From a virus: 38,970 nt of DNA. A program made the position numbers and the translations under genes. A model generated the notes under the pieces. That model did no database searches, was not told the origin of the DNA, and saw nothing but the letters and a program-made list of their open reading frames with translations. Shown here piece after piece: positions 31,337-38,970 of the stretch. The stretch is from IMG/VR virus record IMGVR_UViG_3300045988_077187, positions 1 through 38,970 of that record. One strand, 5' to 3'. Position 1 is the stretch's first letter; every line of letters starts with the position of its first letter.

Positions 31337-34300
31337 ATGGCTAAATCTTTGCATGCTCGTCTCGTGGCCTACCGGCCTTTCGGCGCGCGTATCGGCGTAT
31401 TGGCTGAGCCGGTGAGCTTCAGCGCTTCGATGCTGCACGATGACGATGGCGCGATCAGCATCGAATACTCCATGCTGTCCGGTGACGCGCAGGCATTCGA
31501 CCGAGAGCTGACGGACGGCCTAGAAGTGGCCGTGGAAGTGTCGGACGGCACCGGCTATCAGGAGCCTGATAATGCGCGTTTCGTGATCACCGGCCGTTCC
31601 GGCAAGACCGACGACCGGACTCGCACCGTTACCTACAGTGGCCAGTCGATCAGCTGGCTGCTGTCCAAGGCGGAAAACAACGATTCTTCGCATCTGCTTG
31701 CGGATGGCGACAACAAGGGCAAAAGGCCCTTCTATTCAGCCAATCCGGGTGTGATTCTCAAGACCCTGTTGGGCGAGAACAAGGCGCGTGGTGGCGTGGC
31801 CACCGGCCTGTCGCTCGGCTTCGATACCGCCAAGGACGCGGGCGGCGCTGCATGGGCGAAGAAATATACTTTGTATTATTCACTTGGCACGGATCTGCAG
31901 ACCATCCTGAGCTCTCTCGTCAATGGTGGCGGCTGCGACTGGCGCACAAGCGGTAGGACGCTCAGGCTTTGGAACGCCGACAGCGCGGCGTTGAGCCGTG
32001 ACCTGAGCAAGAACGTCATCCTGCGATTGGCGCGCGACATCGGCGAAGCTCCATACGAGGAGAGCATCAGCGATCTGGCCAGCACGATTCTCGTCGAGGG
32101 TGACAATAATCTGCTTTTCCGCATGGATAATCCGGCTGCTCCGACGCCGTGGGGCAAGTGGGAATCCTACAGCTCGCAGGGCGGCGTGTCCGACAAGGAC
32201 ACGGCACAGGCTTTCATGCAATCCACGCTCGATGATGCGGCTAGGGTGCGCGGCCAGTACACGCGCAACCTCATCGTTTCCGACGTGGACAGTCTGCCAC
32301 TCGTCGACTATCATGCCGGCGATTGGATTACCGCGCCAACAGTCACTCACGGCGAGAAGGTGCGCGTGCAGGAAATCGACCTGAGCATGCGCCAGGGCGA
32401 GGGACTATCCGTCAGCATCGCACTGAACGACATCAAGTATGATGCCTCGGTCAAGCAGGCGAAGAAGATAAAGGGCATCACGGGTGGCGCCGCGTTGGCC
32501 GGCAGCGAGGGTGGCACGACCGCCTCGTCCGACCGTGACCATCGCGTGCCGAAGGCCCCGCAGGGACTTGTCGTGCAGACCGACGCCTATATAGGCTCGG
32601 ATGGCTATGCGCATGGTCTGGCCACAGCCTCGTGGAGCGCGGTCACGCAGGCCACGAACGACACATCAATCGAAATCTCCACCTATACGGTCGAGTGGAA
32701 GCTGCACAAGGATGGTGCGCCCTGGCAGGCGGCCGGCACCACCGACAAGACGCAGCTTGGCTTTGGTGGCCTTGATTGTGGCACGCGAATCGAGGTGCGC
32801 GTCAGAGCTGTGCCGACATATTCCGACAAGCTCGGCGAATGGTCGGAAGTCTTCGTGGCTACAGTGGAGTCGGATACGACGCCCTGCTCCGTGCCATCGA
32901 AACCAATCGTCTCCTCCAAGTTGGGCGTTGTCACCATCCACTGGGATGGCAAGACCTCGACCGGCGCGCAGATGGAGCCGGACTTCGACCATATCGAGGT
33001 GGGCAAGGGTGCCACGGCTGCCGGCATGCAGGTCATCAGCGCCACACAGGCCGGACAGGGCGATTATGTCATCACCGGTCTGGCAATCGGCAGCCGGCAC
33101 AGCTACGCGCTCCGCTCCGTGGACCATGCCGGCAATCGGTCAGCCTGGTCCGCGATCGCTTCGGTGACCGTCGCAAGCGCCGTCCCGCAGGAGACATTGG
33201 ATTCGATCAATAAGGACATTGCCAAGGCCGAAGCCGAGGCCAAGGCAGCGAAGACCACCGCGGACGGTAAAAACAAGGTCTTCACCCAAGCCGTCGAGCC
33301 TGCCCATTCCGGGCTCACGAATGGTGACTTGTGGCAGAAGCTTGACGCGAGCGGTCATATTTCGTCGGTCAACATCTGGAACGGCTCGAAATTCGTGGCC
33401 TATTCGCTCGTGGCTGATAGTCTGCTTGTCCCAGGCAGTGTCAATGGCAGCGTGCTCATCAAAGATGGCAGTGTCGAGGCGAAAAACATCAAAATCGGCA
33501 ATGGCGAGATTCTGACCGAGCTGCTGAAAGCTCGAAAAATCGTCACCGATGATGTGGAGGCAGGCCAATTCAAGGGCTACGTGTTCACCGGCGCCGTCTT
33601 CCAGAGCTCCGAGGCCGCGAACACCGGAGTGAAGCTCAACTCGACCGCCTTGCAGATGTGGGATTCCGGCCACAACCAGACCGTCTATCTTGACGGTGAG
33701 GGCAAGTCGAATGTGCTGACCGGCACTTTCCAAACCCGTGTGAGCGGGCATAGGCTTCGCATCAGCCCGGATTTTAAGGCCAGCACCGTCGGCGGCACAG
33801 AAACGTTCACCGGCGACGGATTGGAATTCCTGGCGTACAAGGGGGCGACCGAATATTACAGTCATCCAACGATTTCGTCGCTTATCCAGTCCAATCAGGT
33901 CGGCGAGATGGGCGAATTGGACTTGTGGAGCGGACGCGTCGCCAAGCATGATCCGGCTGCTTTCCTGCGACTCCAGTCGAAGCCACGCAAGAAAGGCGGT
34001 ACCGGCAGCGGCGTCACGTCACAAGTGTATCTGCACGCCGACACGAATTATGACGAGTCCGACTTGTCGAAAAAAAGCTCCTCATGGCTCACCATGCATG
34101 GTGTCGGCGGATCGGGTGCAAGCGCGTATCTCAACGTGCGCAGTGATTCCGGCAGCTTGTGCGAGGTCGGCGTGCACTCGCAGGGCGCGAAGGCCCGCGC
34201 GTACTGCACCGCATCCGATGCGAACGGCGAGGTTGGCGTGGTCTCGGACATCAGCACCGGATACGTGTATCTTGGCGGCTATTTAAGCGGCATAACAAAC

Positions 34301-34573
34301 CGTTTCACTTTCCAAAGCACCAATTGGCGAATCTACCAGAACGCGACGCTAACCGCGGACTTCACCGTGCCACAGACCACGTGGTCATGGACGCCGGCGA
34401 AATACGGACGCTACTACGGCGTCTGCAATTCCGACCTCAACTGGGGGTCGATCTTCATGCACGTGTGCAACACCGGCGGCGCTGGTTCGATGCAGGTCAT
34501 GGGATACAACGCCGGAAGCGGAACCTTCAAGGGCGATATGTATGTCAACGCTTTCGCGTGGCTCGTCAAATAA
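31337..34573 (+). CDS. Tail-associated protein (Tal-like) / large minor tail protein with FN3-like repeats
   Basis: 1078 aa. Start chosen at MAKSLHARL. Central PKAPQGLVVQTDAY...WSAV and PSKPIVSSKLGVVTIHWDG segments look fibronectin-III-like. Confidence 0.75.
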   Translation: MAKSLHARLVAYRPFGARIGVLAEPVSFSASMLHDDDGAISIEYSMLSGDAQAFDRELTDGLEVAVEVSDGTGYQEPDNARFVITGRSGKTDDRTRTVTYSGQSISWLLSKAENNDSSHLLADGDNKGKRPFYSANPGVILKTLLGENKARGGVATGLSLGFDTAKDAGGAAWAKKYTLYYSLGTDLQTILSSLVNGGGCDWRTSGRTLRLWNADSAALSRDLSKNVILRLARDIGEAPYEESISDLASTILVEGDNNLLFRMDNPAAPTPWGKWESYSSQGGVSDKDTAQAFMQSTLDDAARVRGQYTRNLIVSDVDSLPLVDYHAGDWITAPTVTHGEKVRVQEIDLSMRQGEGLSVSIALNDIKYDASVKQAKKIKGITGGAALAGSEGGTTASSDRDHRVPKAPQGLVVQTDAYIGSDGYAHGLATASWSAVTQATNDTSIEISTYTVEWKLHKDGAPWQAAGTTDKTQLGFGGLDCGTRIEVRVRAVPTYSDKLGEWSEVFVATVESDTTPCSVPSKPIVSSKLGVVTIHWDGKTSTGAQMEPDFDHIEVGKGATAAGMQVISATQAGQGDYVITGLAIGSRHSYALRSVDHAGNRSAWSAIASVTVASAVPQETLDSINKDIAKAEAEAKAAKTTADGKNKVFTQAVEPAHSGLTNGDLWQKLDASGHISSVNIWNGSKFVAYSLVADSLLVPGSVNGSVLIKDGSVEAKNIKIGNGEILTELLKARKIVTDDVEAGQFKGYVFTGAVFQSSEAANTGVKLNSTALQMWDSGHNQTVYLDGEGKSNVLTGTFQTRVSGHRLRISPDFKASTVGGTETFTGDGLEFLAYKGATEYYSHPTISSLIQSNQVGEMGELDLWSGRVAKHDPAAFLRLQSKPRKKGGTGSGVTSQVYLHADTNYDESDLSKKSSSWLTMHGVGGSGASAYLNVRSDSGSLCEVGVHSQGAKARAYCTASDANGEVGVVSDISTGYVYLGGYLSGITNRFTFQSTNWRIYQNATLTADFTVPQTTWSWTPAKYGRYYGVCNSDLNWGSIFMHVCNTGGAGSMQVMGYNAGSGTFKGDMYVNAFAWLVK

Positions 34574-34584
34574 GGGGGCATGTT

Positions 34585-35136
34585 TTGCAAACTGTTTTCG
34601 AAGACGGCAACCTCATCATCAGAGCGGAAACGGAAGGCGAGCGGGGGCTTGTGTGCGGTATGGACGCTATCGCCGCATGGCGGGCGCTGCTCGGCACGAC
34701 GAGCGTCGCCGAAACCTGCGCGGCCATGATGCAGGCAAGGGAATCGGACGACTCGTACGATCCGCCGACCGGACGTAACGCGTACACGACCGCCTATGAG
34801 GGCTTGGAGGCGGCCTTGTCGGATACCGCGGCGGAATCCGTGTCCATGATGTCCGACAGTGGCGAGGTTCAGGACGATCCGATGACGGCCGCACGCAACA
34901 TGACGCGGACAGCGTTGGGACTGCCACCGATCACCAACGATGCGGACGCGGCCATCCAGACGGCCACGCTGTCTGGCGGAGCGGCAGATGCGACGCCGAC
35001 CACCGGCATCGACACGGATTGCGTGGACGCCAAGGCCATCGGAAGGCTTTTCGACACCGACGAAATGCGTGCCGATTTGGACGAATGCGAGGAGCGATTC
35101 TTCGAGTCGCTCATGCCATCGATAAAGGAGGAATGA
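34585..35136 (+). CDS. Hypothetical tail-region protein
   Basis: TTG start after AAGGGGG. 183 aa, acidic. Confidence 0.5.
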   Translation: MQTVFEDGNLIIRAETEGERGLVCGMDAIAAWRALLGTTSVAETCAAMMQARESDDSYDPPTGRNAYTTAYEGLEAALSDTAAESVSMMSDSGEVQDDPMTAARNMTRTALGLPPITNDADAAIQTATLSGGAADATPTTGIDTDCVDAKAIGRLFDTDEMRADLDECEERFFESLMPSIKEE

Positions 35137-35312
35137 TGCCACAGATACCAGCCGACGCGAATCAGGTCATCGACCAGCTTGCCACGCAGGTCGGCCAGTT
35201 TTCAAAGGAGATCGCGATTTTGAAAAGTCAATTGTCGGCGGCGATGAGACTGATTCCCGCCGACGTGCTCGAAGCCATGAAGAATGAGGAGGAGCGCGGT
35301 GACGCAGATTAG
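35136..35312 (+). CDS. Small coiled-coil protein
   Basis: AAGGAGG RBS. MPQIPADANQVIDQLATQVGQFSKEIAILKSQLSAAM. Confidence 0.55.
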   Translation: MPQIPADANQVIDQLATQVGQFSKEIAILKSQLSAAMRLIPADVLEAMKNEEERGDAD

Positions 35313-35958
35313 GTTTAGGTTTCGCAGGCCGGACGCATCGCACGTGTCCGGCGTGCCTGTGGAGGGCGTCATATCCTGCAATCCGACGATGCGTGTCGTG
35401 CAGGAGGATGAGAGTCTGCTCCTGCCGGTGCCTTTCGCGGTGCGGTTGCCGTCCGATGGCGGTGATCTGACTCTTGACCTCAAGCCGACAGGCGTGGACT
35501 GGTGCTGGCGCATCGAGGAGCGGATCAAGGGTTTGACGCATGTGCGTCGCGTGATCGTCCCGGACAGCACGCAGATTTTGGATTATGCGACTCTTTCCGA
35601 GGCTGCATGGAGGGGAACGTCTGATTGCGCCGGTGGCTTGGCGCACAGCATTCGCGTCTTCGCCGGCGTCATCGGTCTTGGTGATGTGGTGGATGTGGAT
35701 GATCTGCGCCCGTCCGATCATGTGTCCGCTGGAGATTCGGTCGTGGATGCCGAAGGGCATTTGTGGATTGTCAGCCGTTTCGATGGTGGGAAGGTGATTT
35801 TCGGCATTGATGGTGGTGTGAGCTTGCGTGGGCCGAAGGGGGAGCGGGGTTTGAGTTTCCGCAGCGGCATGGGCGTGCCGGGTGAGGCGACACAGGGTGT
35901 GGTCGGTGACACTTATATTGATTTGACGACTGGTGCCGTGTACCGGTGTCAAGCCTGA
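35299..35958 (+). CDS. Minor tail / fibre protein with short collagen-like stretch
   Basis: GTG start after GAGGAGG. C-terminal RGPKGERGLSF...GVVGDTYIDLTTGAVY. Confidence 0.65.
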   Translation: MTQIRFRFRRPDASHVSGVPVEGVISCNPTMRVVQEDESLLLPVPFAVRLPSDGGDLTLDLKPTGVDWCWRIEERIKGLTHVRRVIVPDSTQILDYATLSEAAWRGTSDCAGGLAHSIRVFAGVIGLGDVVDVDDLRPSDHVSAGDSVVDAEGHLWIVSRFDGGKVIFGIDGGVSLRGPKGERGLSFRSGMGVPGEATQGVVGDTYIDLTTGAVYRCQA

Positions 35959-36001
35959 TTTTTTGTAAAAATATCAAATCTCATTAAGGAGGAATAATAG
36001 T

Positions 36002-36658
36002 ATGGCATGGCAGGCTACGGGCGGAAATCTCAAAGGCCCGAAAGGTGATAATGGCGCTGATGGTGCGAAGGGTGACGCTGGCAAGAGCCTGCACGTCGCC
36101 AACATCACCGTCTCGGACAATTCGGACGTGAGCGTGGCCGCTTTGAGTCCGGCGACGCCTATCGCGACCGGCGATCTGATTTCGGACGTGGATGGCAGGC
36201 TTTTCACCGTCTCGTCCGTGGTCAATGGTGATACCGTGCATGTGTCCAATCGGATTGACGGCGTGAGCTTCAAGGGGCCGAAGGGCGACAAGGGCGAGGA
36301 TGGCAAGCCGGGTGCTGACGGCAAGGACGGCACCGGCGTCAACATCAAAGGCTCCTATGATAGCCCCGATGCTTTGAAGCAGGAGCATCCGACCGGAGTC
36401 TCAGGCGACGCTTACCTCGTCGCGGGCGCACTGTACGTGTGGTCCGGCTCGGAATGGACGAATGTCGGCTCGATTCAAGGTCCGCAGGGGCCGAAGGGCG
36501 CGGATGGCACGAATGGTCAGGATGGCAGGCCCGGCAAGGACGGTACTAACGGCTTGGGATGGACTTGGGGGTATGGTGTCCCGTCAGGCTCACAGCCGGT
36601 CGGCTCCCTCTACCTCGACCTCGACTCCGGCGACGTGTACTCCTACACACAGGATTAA
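36002..36658 (+). CDS. Collagen-like repeat tail fibre protein
   Basis: G-X-Y runs GPKGDNGADGAKGDAGK, GPKGDKGEDGKPGADGKDGTG and GPQGPKGADGTNGQDGRPGKDGTNG. C-terminal GSLYLDLDSGDVY. RBS TAAGGAGG. Confidence 0.85.
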   Translation: MAWQATGGNLKGPKGDNGADGAKGDAGKSLHVANITVSDNSDVSVAALSPATPIATGDLISDVDGRLFTVSSVVNGDTVHVSNRIDGVSFKGPKGDKGEDGKPGADGKDGTGVNIKGSYDSPDALKQEHPTGVSGDAYLVAGALYVWSGSEWTNVGSIQGPQGPKGADGTNGQDGRPGKDGTNGLGWTWGYGVPSGSQPVGSLYLDLDSGDVYSYTQD

Positions 36659-36670
36659 AAGGGGTGGAAT

Positions 36671-36931
36671 ATGGCATGGTCCAATGTCGGGAATTTGAAA
36701 GGTCCCAAGGGCGACATGGGCGAGACCTCCGACGGTATCCCGCAGGGAGCGGTCGTCTTAGCCTACAATGCCAGTCCAACGTACAAGGCACTGCGGAAAA
36801 GCAACGAATGGGTCGAATATGGGAATTTCGCCATCCGAATAAATAATCCGACCTATGATGCCGCCGGCAATCCGACGCCGAATTATTCCGGTATGGCAGA
36901 CCGCCGTTTAGTGCTGTTCGCCAAGGCGTGA
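36671..36931 (+). CDS. Short fibre-associated protein sharing the N-terminus of 36002-36658
   Basis: MAWSNVGNLKGPKGDMGE compared with MAWQATGGNLKGPKGDNGA. Confidence 0.65.
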   Translation: MAWSNVGNLKGPKGDMGETSDGIPQGAVVLAYNASPTYKALRKSNEWVEYGNFAIRINNPTYDAAGNPTPNYSGMADRRLVLFAKA

Positions 36932-36946
36932 TTTGGAGGACAGTCA

Positions 36947-37033
36947 GTGACGCATCTCATGGTTGCAATCGTAGCGTACCTGCTGTTGCTCGCGCTCGTC
37001 ATCATGTTCAATCATGGCGCGCACAGGCGTTGA
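36947..37033 (+). CDS. 28-aa hydrophobic peptide, copy 1
   Basis: GGAGGACAGTCA-GTG. Sequence (V)THLMVAIVAYLLLLALVIMFNHGAHRR. Paralog of 37484-37567. Confidence 0.5.
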   Translation: MTHLMVAIVAYLLLLALVIMFNHGAHRR

Positions 37034-37045
37034 TTTTCACACTTC

Positions 37046-37076
37046 AAGGCCATCCCATTTCGGGATGGCCTTTTCT
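37046..37076 (+). terminator. Intrinsic terminator, copy 1
   Basis: AAGGCCATCCC-ATTTC-GGGATGGCCTT followed by TTCTATT. Confidence 0.7.
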
Positions 37077-37097
37077 ATTGCCCTAAGGAGAGGTAAT

Positions 37098-37487
37098 GTG
37101 CTGCAAAATTTTCTAGCCGGTTTCGGGGGTGTGGGCGGCGCGTGCGCCCTCATCACCCTGCTGCTCAGGATATGGCCGGGCGCTTTGGACGCGCTGGCGA
37201 CCGGCCTGTACTCGCACGTGCAGCCGGAACGGTTGCCATACGACAGTCCACTTTCCCAGCATTTCGCCAAGACCCGACAGCTCGGCGAGCGTACTGAGAA
37301 ATTCGATGGACGGTTGGACGAACTCTGCCGCGACACGATCAAAAACACGATCATCAGCCTGATCTACGGCGACAAGGACACCGACCACAGCGAGGCCGTC
37401 AGCTACGAGCTGACGAAGCTTGAGAAATTGGACGCGCAATGCTGGATAGTTGCTGCCGCCGAAAAATACTTGGAGGACCGGCAATGA
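37098..37487 (+). CDS. N-terminal TM protein in the lysis cassette (holin-like candidate)
   Basis: GTG start after AAGGAGAGG. TM segment FLAGFGGVGGACALITLLLRIW. Confidence 0.6.
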   Translation: MLQNFLAGFGGVGGACALITLLLRIWPGALDALATGLYSHVQPERLPYDSPLSQHFAKTRQLGERTEKFDGRLDELCRDTIKNTIISLIYGDKDTDHSEAVSYELTKLEKLDAQCWIVAAAEKYLEDRQ

Positions 37488-37567
37488 GCGGACCAGTCGC
37501 GTTGGGCGCGTATCTCATCCTGCTTGCGCTCATTCTTATCTTCAATCATTCGGCGCACAAGCGCTGA
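37484..37567 (+). CDS. 27-aa hydrophobic peptide, copy 2
   Basis: GGAGGACCGGCA-ATG, ATGA overlap. Sequence MSGPVALGAYLILLALILIFNHSAHKR. Confidence 0.5.
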   Translation: MSGPVALGAYLILLALILIFNHSAHKR

Positions 37568-37586
37568 CATCGATTTTTCCAAAAAC

Positions 37587-37615
37587 AAGGCCATCTCTTC
37601 GGAGGTGGCCTTTTT
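37587..37615 (+). terminator. Intrinsic terminator, copy 2 (UUCG loop)
   Basis: AAGGCCATCTC-TTCG-GAGGTGGCCTT followed by TTTCAAT. Confidence 0.7.
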
Positions 37616-37648
37616 CAATGCCCCGTTGGGGGCGGGAAGGAGGCCGTC

Positions 37649-37768
37649 ATGGACGAAGTGACCATGACGCCGGAAATGACACCGCAGGGCGACAGTCTGC
37701 CGCCCGAGAACATTCAGGTCGTGTCCGAGGAGGATGCGGCCAAGGCCGTGGAAGGATTGGAGGACTAG
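37649..37768 (+). CDS. 39-aa acidic ORF upstream of the endolysin
   Basis: GGGAAGGAGGCCGTC-ATG. Sequence MDEVTMTPEMTPQGDSLPPENIQVVSEEDAAKAVEGLED. Confidence 0.45.
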   Translation: MDEVTMTPEMTPQGDSLPPENIQVVSEEDAAKAVEGLED

Positions 37769-37772
37769 CAGC

Positions 37773-38561
37773 ATGGCAAGCGTCGGCACTTTGATCAACC
37801 GCATGCGCTACTGGTGCGCCGTGGCAAACTTGGGCTATTCGCAGGCGGACCGTTGGAACTTCAATCCCTCGGTGGGTAATTGCGATTGCTCCAGTCTGGT
37901 GATCCACTGTCTCAAGGAGGCTGGATTCGATACCGGCTCGGCCACCTACACCGGCAACCTGTCCGGCAATCTGACTCGTCGCGGATGGATTCGCCTGCCC
38001 GCGAACGGCAATCCGCAGGCTGGTGACATCCTGCTTAACGACGTGCACCACGTCGCGGTCTATCTGGGTGGCGGCAGGCTCGCACAGGCAAGCATCTCGG
38101 AGCGCGGCACCGCGTATGGCAGGGCGGGCGACCAGACCGCCCGCGAAACCAATATCAGGGGCTACTACAACTACCCGTGGAACTGCTATCTGCGCTACGG
38201 TGGCGTCTCTTCGGCTTCCACCGGCGCTCTCGCAGTGGATGGCAATGTTGGTCCGGCCACCGTGCGCCGTTGGCAGCAGGTGATGGGCGCTACGGTGGAT
38301 GGCATCATCAGCGGTCAGCAGGTGCCTGACGGCAGGACCTACGCGCGTCCCGCAATCGATTCGAGCGTGGTCCGCTATGGCAATGGCGGCAGTGATCTGA
38401 TCCGCTCCGTGCAGCGTCGCCTGGGCTGTGGCACTGATGGTCTGCTCGGACCGGCCACCATTCGCGCCATCCAAGCGCATTACGGGTTGGCTCAGGACGC
38501 GAGCTTCGGCCCCGCCACCGCACGCGCCCTGCAGTCGGCGCTCAACCAAGGACGATTCTAA
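37773..38561 (+). CDS. Endolysin: NlpC/P60- or CHAP-like peptidase plus three PG_binding_1-like repeats
   Basis: Catalytic context GNCDCSSLVIHCL ... DVHHVAVYLGG. C-terminal repeats VDGNVGPATVRRWQ, TDGLLGPATIRAIQ and FGPATARALQ. Confidence 0.85.
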   Translation: MASVGTLINRMRYWCAVANLGYSQADRWNFNPSVGNCDCSSLVIHCLKEAGFDTGSATYTGNLSGNLTRRGWIRLPANGNPQAGDILLNDVHHVAVYLGGGRLAQASISERGTAYGRAGDQTARETNIRGYYNYPWNCYLRYGGVSSASTGALAVDGNVGPATVRRWQQVMGATVDGIISGQQVPDGRTYARPAIDSSVVRYGNGGSDLIRSVQRRLGCGTDGLLGPATIRAIQAHYGLAQDASFGPATARALQSALNQGRF

Positions 38562-38573
38562 GGAGGAGGACAG

Positions 38574-38852
38574 ATGGCTCAACATGCAGCGCCAACGACT
38601 TTGGAGACCACGGTCAATAATCTGACCAACGAGTGCGAGGATGGTCAGGACAACCAGCCGCCGACGGCTTACACGCCCGTCTTTTCTAAGGGCGTGCGCA
38701 CCGTGGTCTACGTTGCCGGTCTCATCGCTTCATGCGTCGGCTTGGGTTTCATGACCTTCGGCGACGCCGCGATCGGCGGCTACATTTCGACCGTCGCCGG
38801 CTTCATCGCCAGCGGTCTTGGCGTGGCCTACAATCCGCTGCGCCGTGATTGA
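38574..38852 (+). CDS. Holin-like protein (2 TM)
   Basis: VVYVAGLIASCVGLGFMTF and YISTVAGFIASGLGVAY. Positioned directly after the endolysin. RBS TAAGGAGGAGG. Confidence 0.7.
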   Translation: MAQHAAPTTLETTVNNLTNECEDGQDNQPPTAYTPVFSKGVRTVVYVAGLIASCVGLGFMTFGDAAIGGYISTVAGFIASGLGVAYNPLRRD

Positions 38853-38970
38853 TTTTTTTTTTGGCGTGAGACTCAAACTCGCGCCGGAAACTCAACCTCG
38901 GGTGTGGAAAAATTTGCGGCACTGTAGTGTCCGTGGAATTTTTTACACCCGTTTTTTTAACATGCGCCCC
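38852..38970. repeat. Right copy of exact 119-nt terminal direct repeat
   Basis: Identical to 1-119. It begins at the last base of the holin stop codon (TGA 38850-38852). Confidence 0.95.

Larger units (their letters stand above)
1..38970. mobile_element. Complete temperate siphovirus-type phage genome (actinobacterial/Bifidobacterium-like), circularly closed representation
   Basis: Gene order read from the ORF translations: int-xis, CI/Cro switch, antirepressor, YqaJ-RecT-SSB-RusA, replication organizer, HNH-TerS-TerL-portal-protease-MCP, head-tail joining, major tail-G/GT-TMP-Dit-Tal-fibres, endolysin-holin. Genes 6361-38852 are all on the + strand with frequent ATGA/GTGA start-stop overlaps. 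The exact 119-nt terminal repeat closes the circle. Confidence 0.9.

Noticed and set aside
35299-36931. Diversity-generating retroelement or invertase shufflon acting on the fibre genes
   Set aside because: No reverse transcriptase (no YxDD-type motif seen in any ORF) and no serine or tyrosine invertase other than int is present. There is no near-identical template/variable repeat pair and no inverted crossover sites that I could find by eye.
38853-38890. T10 run plus GGCGTGAG-ACTCAAA-CTCGCGCC hairpin after the holin as an intrinsic terminator
   Set aside because: The U-run precedes the hairpin on the plus strand, and on the minus strand the hairpin is followed by an A-run. Neither orientation fits a canonical terminator. 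It is left as part of the terminal repeat / attP-proximal non-coding region.

Overview
GC-rich 38,970-nt window that reads as one complete temperate siphovirus-type phage genome of actinobacterial (Bifidobacterium-like) style. The first 119 nt are repeated exactly as the last 119 nt. The simplest reading is therefore a circularly closed or terminally redundant phage genome (unit 38,851 nt), not a prophage with host flanks. Layout, in order: (1) an attP-like region (about 170-410) with a tRNA 3'-end mimic flanked by identical arm repeats; (2) integrase, excisionase and two small membrane proteins on the minus strand; (3) a lower-GC, mixed-orientation accessory block with an orphan ImmA-like peptidase, an acidic membrane protein, a wHTH-like protein and a membrane-anchored DEDDh exonuclease; (4) a CI-like repressor plus ImmA-like peptidase facing a Cro-like gene across three evenly spaced operators; (5) a nearly uninterrupted plus-strand array from 6361 to 38852. 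That array holds small early genes, a Bro-N/KilAC antirepressor, YqaJ exonuclease-RecT-SSB-RusA, a methyltransferase, an HNH fusion and a replication organizer with internal iterons. It continues with HNH-TerS-TerL-portal-protease-capsid, head-tail joining genes, major tail, a G/GT frameshifted chaperone, tape measure, Dit, Tal, collagen-like fibres, endolysin and holin. The signals I consider most unusual are: (i) a 160-nt tRNA-shaped gene (17730-17889) with canonical acceptor, D and T arms and an encoded CCA, whose anticodon arm is replaced by a roughly 100-nt extended arm; it sits between a strong promoter and the packaging operon. (ii) A 440-nt hairpin-dense noncoding leader with a tRNA T-arm-like element upstream of the antirepressor. 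(iii) A duplicated module of a 27-28-aa hydrophobic peptide plus an intrinsic terminator inside the lysis cassette. (iv) A repeat-dense intergenic region (3261-3460). (v) A membrane-anchored DnaQ-like exonuclease. All functional calls come from motif recognition by eye on the supplied translations and sequence. No database or folding computations were possible.
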